Shown one piece after another: positions 15,770-21,548 of a stretch of DNA of 40,564 nucleotides. A program made the position numbers and the translations under genes. The notes under the pieces were generated by a model. The model did no database searches. It had not been told where the DNA came from and worked only from the letters and a program-made list of their open reading frames with translations. Numbering within the stretch: the first letter of the stretch is position 1; each line of letters starts with the position of its first letter. The stretch comes from a virus, in IMG/VR virus record IMGVR_UViG_3300033128_000024, positions 1 through 40,564 of that record. One strand, given 5' to 3'.

Positions 15770-16258
15770 ATGAACGAATTGATTCTTGAGTATAAACGAG
15801 CGTTGAAAGATACAAAAAGAAGTTATGAGCAGCTTGACGAAACAGATCCAAGCCGCAAGATTTTCAGTGCAATAATAAATGATCTCGAGTATGTGGTGAA
15901 ATGGTTGTCCACTGGTAGGCAGCCGGAAGCAAAACGAGCGGCTGACCGAAGATCCGTTTATCAACGTACTGTGTTTGCTTCACCAGAAGTGCTTGAGGCT
16001 TTAGCAAATCAACACAACTTCCCGAAAGAGTCACCCCGTACAGTGAGTGAAGAAGATAAAAGACTGATCGAGTACGCCTTATCTACTCTTACACAAAAGC
16101 AAAAAGAATTGTATCTCTCACATGTTGCTGACGGCAATTCACTAGATAAGATCGCAAGTCTCATGGGAGTTAGCAAAGGAACGGTTCAAAAAACTGTAGA
16201 TAGAGCAAAGAAAAAGATTGCTATTCAAGTAAATTTGCTGGAATCAAAGGGGGCTTGA
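15770..16258 (+). CDS. Sigma-70 region-4-like HTH protein (putative late-gene regulator)
   Basis: The sequence LTQKQKELYLSHVADGNSLDKIASLMGVSKGTVQKTVDRAKKKI resembles region 4 of ECF/LuxR-type sigma factors. Confidence 0.6.
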   Translation: MNELILEYKRALKDTKRSYEQLDETDPSRKIFSAIINDLEYVVKWLSTGRQPEAKRAADRRSVYQRTVFASPEVLEALANQHNFPKESPRTVSEEDKRLIEYALSTLTQKQKELYLSHVADGNSLDKIASLMGVSKGTVQKTVDRAKKKIAIQVNLLESKGA

Positions 16259-16710
16259 CTATGAATCAAATGAATTTAGATATCCCTCAAATTGACGAAG
16301 AAAAAACAAGATTCAAAATAGAAAAAATGATGGAAAAATATAAAATGCTTAGGTTGCAAACGCCAGAGGACTTTCTTCCAAAGATCACAACAACATACAC
16401 CATTACACCGCCGAGTTTTTCAAATCAGTTCCACTCAACCACAGAAGAAGCAGCGCTTAAAAAAATGGATTGGGAGATTGAGCGGGAAAAATACATGAAG
16501 CGAATCGAAAGGGGCATTAATCGTCTTACGCAAAAAGAGCGCCGCATCTTGGTAATGCTCTATATGCAGGATGAAGAAATGTTTGATTATGAAATCTATG
16601 CAGAAATGGGTCTAAGCCAGCGGAATTACTATCGTGTTAAAAACAAAGCATACTATCGACTGGCCTTTGCACTTAGAGAAGAAGTGTATAAGCAGGGGGA
16701 TAAATCATGA
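16255..16710 (+). CDS. ArpU-family-like phage transcriptional regulator
   Basis: RLTQKERRILVMLYMQD...GLSQRNYYRVKNKAYYRLAFAL. The size and position, upstream of the packaging genes, fit ArpU-type late activators. Confidence 0.55.
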   Translation: MTMNQMNLDIPQIDEEKTRFKIEKMMEKYKMLRLQTPEDFLPKITTTYTITPPSFSNQFHSTTEEAALKKMDWEIEREKYMKRIERGINRLTQKERRILVMLYMQDEEMFDYEIYAEMGLSQRNYYRVKNKAYYRLAFALREEVYKQGDKS

Positions 16711-17249
16711 ATTTTGTTCAGCCAATAAGGGACCTTGATCAGATCCATTATATAAAGAAATATCTTGGAGAGCGAAACAAAAGGAACTTGTTGCTTTTTG
16801 TGGCCGGAATCAATCTAGGTTTGCGTATATCCGATCTGCTAGAATTGAGAGTGAAGGATGTAAGGAAGCAATATGTATCTCTAAGAGAACAAAAAACAGG
16901 TAAAGAAAAAAGAATCAAAATAAACAAAACGCTTCGAAAAGCGATAGATCAATATATCAAGGACAAAGATGATCAAGAATACCTTTTTAAAAGCAGAGAA
17001 GGACTTAACAAATCAATCAGCCGCAGCAGTGCATACAATATATTGAGAGAGGCAGCGGAGTATGTTGGCCTCGATAGCATAGGGACACATACACTAAGGA
17101 AAACGTTTGGTTACTGGCATTATAAGAAATTCAAGGATGTGGCTTTGCTGCAAGAAATATTCAACCACTCAAGCCCAGATATTACATTGAGATATATTGG
17201 GATCACACAAGACACAATGGATAGAACAATGGACGACTTTGGCTTATAG
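16707..17249 (+). CDS. Tyrosine recombinase-like protein, catalytic domain only (180 aa)
   Basis: Box I is GLRISDLLELRVKDV. Then come KTGKEKRIKI and THTLRKTFGYWHY (HxxR). Box II is FNHSSPDITLRYIG (H...Y). The full R-K-HxxR-H-Y set is present. There is no N-terminal core-binding domain. Confidence 0.75.
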   Translation: MNFVQPIRDLDQIHYIKKYLGERNKRNLLLFVAGINLGLRISDLLELRVKDVRKQYVSLREQKTGKEKRIKINKTLRKAIDQYIKDKDDQEYLFKSREGLNKSISRSSAYNILREAAEYVGLDSIGTHTLRKTFGYWHYKKFKDVALLQEIFNHSSPDITLRYIGITQDTMDRTMDDFGL

Positions 17250-17284
17250 ACTCATCTGTTCAAATGGCAGGTGGGTCTTTTTTT
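17249..17284 (+). terminator. Intrinsic terminator after the recombinase-like gene
   Basis: The stem arms are gactcatctg and caggtgggtc, followed by T7. The hairpin contains AATGGCA (17263-17269). Confidence 0.7.
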
Positions 17285-17392
17285 GTGCTCTTTTTCACCA
17301 GCTAACCATAACGAGAAAATGTCCAACTCATTTTAGGGAAATGGCTGAAAAGCAAGAGGGACAAAGGATTCAGCGATTCCCTGAGTTAGACA

Positions 17393-17431
17393 CAATAATA
17401 GATATGGTGAATTGGTGGATTGTGTGGATAA
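17393..17431 (+). repeat. Upstream cassette repeat, copy 1 (contains the Trp-rich mini-ORF start MVNWWIVWI)
   Basis: 36/39 identity to 18441-18479; the core atatggtgaa[t/a]tggtggattgtgtggataa is 29/30. TTGAAA-17-TAAATT follows at 17435-17463. Confidence 0.8.
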
Positions 17432-17493
17432 TGGTTGAAATTAGAAAATTAATAATGTAAATTACATTCATAAAGTCAATTTAGGAGGATACA

Positions 17494-18306
17494 ATGACAA
17501 GTAGAGATTGGAAATGGACAGTAAGTGTCTTGATAGGTTTGATAGTCTTATTATTAACCTATAATTTATGGGGTAAACAAGACTCCATTATAGATGTTAT
17601 TTCTATAGGAAGCGGCATAACATCAATTGTATTAGCAATTCTAGCAATTATTATGTCTTTGTTCGAAGGCTTTAAAACTCACTTTAGAGAAGAGAAGTTA
17701 GATGCGAATATTAGTAAATTAGAAAAAAATCTTATAAGTATGGAAAATATCATAGTGGAAGGAAATAATTCTACACATAACAAAATAGAGGACATGGTTA
17801 AAATGTATAAGGATTTTGAGGGAAGTCCTGATTCGAAGGCAATTTACAATGAGCAATTAAAAGATGAAGAGAAACAAGATGTTAATAATAAGAGTGAAGA
17901 GGGGAAAGGAGGTACAACTTCAATCAAACAAGCAAAGAAGAAAGTTAGAAATAAAGTATTTGAGCCTGAAATTAGACAAGGAGGTATTTACCAAGTGGAC
18001 TCTAGAGTTAGTGACGATGGAAACTCGTACTATTTGGTAATTAGCAATGATACCTCAAATAAATATTCTCGTTCAGTAGGGGTAGTAAAGTTAACAAATC
18101 GAATTAAAGAGGGTTCATTGCCAACTCATGTTCTTATAGAAAAGTCGATATTAAAGACGGAAATGGACTATTTTGCTGCATGTGAAATTATTCGCACAAT
18201 CTCCAGAAGGAGGTTGGTAAATAAAGTTGCCGATTTAGACAAATTTAAAATGAAACAAATAATGATTGCTTTGAAAGTTTATTTAGGTTTTTTTAAAACT
18301 TCGTGA
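17494..18306 (+). CDS. Membrane-anchored MazF/PemK-like toxin-domain protein (2 TM, charged linker, C-terminal MazF-like domain)
   Basis: RBS TAGGAGGA precedes the start. The TM helices are VSVLIGLIVLLLTYNLW and IGSGITSIVLAILAIIMSLF. The C-terminus is GGIYQVD...YYLVISND...LPTHVLIE...CEIIRTISRRRLVNKVADLDKFKMKQIMIALKVYLGF, which parallels the MazF/EndoA motifs LPTHVEI and [11 protein letters not shown]. Confidence 0.7.
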   Translation: MTSRDWKWTVSVLIGLIVLLLTYNLWGKQDSIIDVISIGSGITSIVLAILAIIMSLFEGFKTHFREEKLDANISKLEKNLISMENIIVEGNNSTHNKIEDMVKMYKDFEGSPDSKAIYNEQLKDEEKQDVNNKSEEGKGGTTSIKQAKKKVRNKVFEPEIRQGGIYQVDSRVSDDGNSYYLVISNDTSNKYSRSVGVVKLTNRIKEGSLPTHVLIEKSILKTEMDYFAACEIIRTISRRRLVNKVADLDKFKMKQIMIALKVYLGFFKTS

Positions 18307-18314
18307 GTTATAAA

Positions 18315-18382
18315 AATGGCACATTTTTGGCACTATCTTGGCAAAGCATTTTGTCTCAGAGCGGTTATGATGGTATTAGGTG
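18315..18382 (+). repeat. Downstream cassette repeat, copy 1 (68 nt)
   Basis: 60/68 identity to 19244-19311. It starts with AATGGCA, 9 nt after the stop codon. Confidence 0.85.
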
Positions 18383-18394
18383 ATAAGTTGAAGA

Positions 18395-18422
18395 GCGGCT
18401 TCCATTGTGGAACCGCTTTTTT
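18395..18422 (+). terminator. Intrinsic terminator of cassette 1
   Basis: The stem arms are gcggcttcca and tggaaccgc, followed by T6. Confidence 0.8.
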
Positions 18423-18440
18423 ATTGGCAAGTGAATGGAG

Positions 18441-18479
18441 CATTAATATATATGGTGAAATGGTGGATTGTGTGGATAA
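18441..18479 (+). repeat. Upstream cassette repeat, copy 2 (mini-ORF MVKWWIVWITKSV)
   Basis: See 17393-17431. TATAAT lies at 18489-18494, just downstream. Confidence 0.8.
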
Positions 18480-18514
18480 CTAAAAGTGTATAATAATAGT
18501 TAAGGAGGAATAAA

Positions 18515-19243
18515 ATGAGTGATCTTGTTGGAAATTTAAAAACAATATTAGAGAAATTAAAAAATCACAATAGGAGTTATTCACAATTAAAAAGCGATAT
18601 TTTTGATAATGACAATGTTCAATTAATAGTAGAGACTTCTGGAATTGCAAAGACTTTATATAAATCATATAAGTTTGGCAGCATGTTAAAATTTAGAGCA
18701 TTTTTAAATGGATTTAGCATGAACGAAGATCCTACACAAGCTCAACTAGAAAAATTAGAAAAATATATTTCTGTCGATGATGAGAAAGTCGAATTTATAA
18801 GTAATTTTTTTTCAAATATATTGTTATCTAATTCAAGTAAAGCATGTGTCATAATGGGGACCATTTTAAAAGATATTGTAGATAAGGAAAGTGTTGTTAA
18901 ACATGAAGATTTAATTGCGATCAATGCATTAAAAGAATTTTATGATGTGGATATTGTAAATTTTAATATTATAGAATCAGTATTTATTGACAAGTCAGAA
19001 GAGAAAATAGGTTTGACAGACATTCTTTTTAAGATAAAACATAATGACTTAGATGATTTAAGTGTTCTAATGACCTTAGATAAAGCTGCAGCAACTCAAT
19101 TATTATTTGTAACTACATCGGTTGACATGTCTACAGAGGTAAACAAATTTGAGAATAGAAGAAAAGAAGCAGATAATTTTTATGTAATGACGTCTGGAGG
19201 AAAGGTATTAACGAAGTACATTAACAGAATTTCAGAACTCTAG
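18515..19243 (+). CDS. Hypothetical cytoplasmic protein (242 aa), cassette 2 cargo
   Basis: RBS TAAGGAGGA precedes the start. The gene is AT-rich and no family was recognised. Confidence 0.6.
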   Translation: MSDLVGNLKTILEKLKNHNRSYSQLKSDIFDNDNVQLIVETSGIAKTLYKSYKFGSMLKFRAFLNGFSMNEDPTQAQLEKLEKYISVDDEKVEFISNFFSNILLSNSSKACVIMGTILKDIVDKESVVKHEDLIAINALKEFYDVDIVNFNIIESVFIDKSEEKIGLTDILFKIKHNDLDDLSVLMTLDKAAATQLLFVTTSVDMSTEVNKFENRRKEADNFYVMTSGGKVLTKYINRISEL

Positions 19244-19311
19244 AATGGCATAATTTTAGCACGATCTTGGCAAAACGTTTTGTCTGAGAGAGGTTATGAT
19301 GGTATTAGGTG
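19244..19311 (+). repeat. Downstream cassette repeat, copy 2 (68 nt)
   Basis: It starts with AATGGCA immediately after stop codon 19241-19243. Confidence 0.85.
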
Positions 19312-19327
19312 TAAATTAAGATTTAGA

Positions 19328-19361
19328 ACGTCGTCTCCTTTAAGTAAGGGGACGTTTTTTT
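19328..19361 (+). terminator. Intrinsic terminator of cassette 2
   Basis: acgtc..cc pairs with ggggacgt, followed by T7. The sequence is unrelated to the cassette 1 terminator. Confidence 0.7.
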
Positions 19362-19410
19362 ATTCGGATTTTCTAATTCCTGTCGATATAAAGACAGGAG
19401 GTTTTTAGAA

Positions 19411-20034
19411 ATGAAAAAGTCGAATATGTATTCAAATACTGTTTTCTTTATTATTATTATTTCTTTACTATTAGGTGACCTTATTATTTACACAGGATTA
19501 TTGAATTTGTTTTTTGAAGAGAAGGAAACAATGTGGGCTGGAATAATAGGTTTCACTGGTGCGGTTTTAGGTGGGGGAATAACTTATTATGGTATTAGAA
19601 TGCAATTAAAACATAGAGATAGGGAATTATTTTTGCAAACGGTACACATTAAAATGGAGACTTGTCAAGAATTTATAAGGAAATATTTTAATTATCAAAC
19701 CTTGGCATATGGCGGATTGGAGATTTCAAGAAATTTAGATAATGAAAAACGCGGAAAATTTTTAAGTAATCAATCTTATTTAATTCCAGAATTTACAGAG
19801 CTTATATTTCAAGATAGGGCCGCTTACATGAGTGTTCTCGATTATGAATCTGCTGAAAAGGCAAAAGAAATTCGTACCTCATTAAATAAAAAAGTGACAA
19901 CATTGGGTAAGGTAAAAAAACACATAGACTACGTTGAAGCTTTTGAGGAGATTGAGCAGTTTTGTCTTATATTTCATAAAACTTTTGAGCAACTTGAAAA
20001 CAAGTATATTGAACTTAAAAAATTCAATAAATAA
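19411..20034 (+). CDS. Hypothetical membrane protein (2 N-terminal TM helices plus a helical cytoplasmic domain)
   Basis: RBS GACAGGAGG precedes the start. The TM helices are VFFIIIISLLLGDLIIYTGLL and WAGIIGFTGAVLGGGITYYGI. Confidence 0.6.
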   Translation: MKKSNMYSNTVFFIIIISLLLGDLIIYTGLLNLFFEEKETMWAGIIGFTGAVLGGGITYYGIRMQLKHRDRELFLQTVHIKMETCQEFIRKYFNYQTLAYGGLEISRNLDNEKRGKFLSNQSYLIPEFTELIFQDRAAYMSVLDYESAEKAKEIRTSLNKKVTTLGKVKKHIDYVEAFEEIEQFCLIFHKTFEQLENKYIELKKFNK

Positions 20035-20052
20035 AAAGTTTGAATACTAATG

Positions 20053-20073
20053 GCATCCTTCGGGGTGCTTTTT
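20053..20073 (+). terminator. Intrinsic terminator closing the accessory island
   Basis: Stem-loop gcatcc-ttcg-gggtgc followed by T5. AATGGCA lies at 20049-20055. Confidence 0.7.
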
Positions 20074-20093
20074 ATTTTGGGGAGGGACACAAC

Positions 20094-20450
20094 GTGGACA
20101 ACTCACTCAGGGAACTAATCATTAACACAGCAATTGGACACGCAATAAGGACAGACCAATTGTATAACGGACTTAAAGCCCTTAATAAAAGGGGATGCAT
20201 ATGGGCAGATGGGGAGATCATCAGGGGATTAGGAATGCTTGGGTCTTATGGTGTGAGGGATAGGCAAGCTATAGACAGCATCCTGCATGTCAGCAAGATT
20301 CTATCCTATGAAACAGCTCGATCCTATCTATCATCATATCAAAGGCAGTACAGGGAGTTTTATGCTGTACAGAAAGTAGGGCACCTTCATGCCTTTGTTT
20401 TGTTTGCGATGATAGATGAGAGGAAAGCTGGTGAATCCAATGCCACCTAA
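20094..20450 (+). CDS. Hypothetical protein
   Basis: GTG 20094 follows RBS GGGGAGGGA. The track start at 20040 lies inside the terminator. Confidence 0.5.
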   Translation: MDNSLRELIINTAIGHAIRTDQLYNGLKALNKRGCIWADGEIIRGLGMLGSYGVRDRQAIDSILHVSKILSYETARSYLSSYQRQYREFYAVQKVGHLHAFVLFAMIDERKAGESNAT

Positions 20451-20805
20451 ACCGTTGAGGGAGTGTAAGGTGCGAGGGTGCAGAGAGTTAACAAGGGATG
20501 GTTATTGTCCTACTCATGCTGATGGTAAGCAGCAGGAAGCGAAGTATTACAACAAACATGTTCGAGATAAACAATCAACAAGTTTTTATAAATCAAGAGA
20601 ATGGAAACAGACAAGACAACTTGTTCTATTGCGAGACAATTACCTTTGTCAAAGCTGTTTAAAACAAGATCGTGTCGTTCCTGCTGTTATGGTTCATCAC
20701 ATAGTGGAGCTAAAGCAGGATTGGAACAAACGATTAGATTTAAATAACCTCGAAAGCATGTGTAATAGCTGTCACAACAAGGTTCATGGCAAGCGTGGGT
20801 CATAG
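20440..20805 (+). CDS. HNH endonuclease (packaging-associated)
   Basis: Motifs: CKVRGC...CPTH; WKQTRQLVLLRDNYLCQSC; VHHIVEL; CNSCHNKVHG. The gene lies directly upstream of terS and terL, as in HNH-dependent cos phages. Confidence 0.85.
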   Translation: MPPKPLRECKVRGCRELTRDGYCPTHADGKQQEAKYYNKHVRDKQSTSFYKSREWKQTRQLVLLRDNYLCQSCLKQDRVVPAVMVHHIVELKQDWNKRLDLNNLESMCNSCHNKVHGKRGS

Positions 20806-21008
20806 TACCCCCCGGCATTAAATCCCTAGGAAACGGCTTCGTGAAGATCGGTGAGCCGTCGTCTGCAAACAAACACCGCTTTTCAAAGTTTCCGAAAAAC
20901 AGAAAAACCCCCTCGGCGAAAATGCCGAGAGGGCTTGGTACGACTGGTTTTGTTGTTAATTCGATCATAGCATGATTTCGCTCAAAAACAAGCATAAATT
21001 TCAAAAAT
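20806..21008. other. Non-coding HNH-terS spacer: probable cos/packaging recognition region
   Basis: 203 nt without a credible ORF. It is locally GC-rich (tagtaccccccggc) and contains several hairpins, plus the palindrome tttcaaa-aa-tttgaaa (20999-21014). The position is typical for cos in HNH/P27-terS phages. Confidence 0.4.
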
Positions 21009-21032
21009 TTGAAACGGAATGAGGTGAAAAAT

Positions 21033-21548
21033 ATGCCGAGACCTGCAAAATCCGCAACGCTTCAATTAATACAAGGCAATCCAAATAAGAAAAACACAGA
21101 TGAACTAGCGATGCGTGCTGAACAAGAACAGAAAATGAAAATGCGATCAAATAACATTAAACCTCCTTCATGGTTGGATAAGGTTGCTAAAAAGGAATTC
21201 AAACGGATTGCCGAGCTATTAAAGGAAGTGGACATTATAACGGAGGCAGATATCAGCATGTTGGCCGCCTATTGTAATGCCTATTCACAATACATTTCAA
21301 TAACTAAAGTGATAGAAGCAGATGGACTCATGGTTCATAAAGATGGATTTGATGAGGACGGAAATCCAATTGAATTGATTGGAGAAGAACACCCATTATT
21401 GAAAAGACAAAAGAACTTCTTTGATCAAATGAAGTCAGCTGCAAATGATTTTGGTCTTACTCCATCAGCCCGTGCAAAACTGGCGATCACCAAAACGCAG
21501 GAAATTCGAGAAAAGACGGCTGCTGAGAAGGAGTTTGATAACGTGTGA
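21033..21548 (+). CDS. terS: Terminase small subunit (P27 family)
   Basis: RBS GAGGTGA lies before ATG 21033. The motif PPSWLDKVAKKEFKRIAELLKEVDIITEADISMLAAYCNAYSQY is typical of the P27 family. Confidence 0.8.
   Translation: MPRPAKSATLQLIQGNPNKKNTDELAMRAEQEQKMKMRSNNIKPPSWLDKVAKKEFKRIAELLKEVDIITEADISMLAAYCNAYSQYISITKVIEADGLMVHKDGFDEDGNPIELIGEEHPLLKRQKNFFDQMKSAANDFGLTPSARAKLAITKTQEIREKTAAEKEFDNV

Noticed and set aside
17197-17460. An 87-aa track ORF that overlaps the end of the recombinase-like gene and runs through the intergenic region.
   Set aside because: It runs across the recombinase stop codon and through a hairpin and T7 terminator, and it has no RBS. Only its last 18-39 codons (the Trp-rich mini-ORF) are discussed, as a regulatory candidate.
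18317-18332. A sigma-54 (SigL)-like -24/-12 element inside the 68-nt repeat. Copy 1 reads TGGCAC-N5-TGGCA and copy 2 (19246-19261) reads TGGCAT-N5-TAGCA. Both have the correct GG-N10-GC spacing, which would give an ~80-nt terminated RNA.
   Set aside because: The -12 box deviates from TTGC in both copies. The phage encodes no enhancer-binding AAA+ activator, and no upstream activator site is visible. TGGCA is simply repeated three times within the element. It is kept only as a low-probability alternative under the 68-nt element finding.
20687-21004. A 105-aa minus-strand ORF in the HNH/cos region.
   Set aside because: It overlaps the well-supported HNH gene on the opposite strand and contains the minus-strand terminator hairpin. 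It has no RBS.
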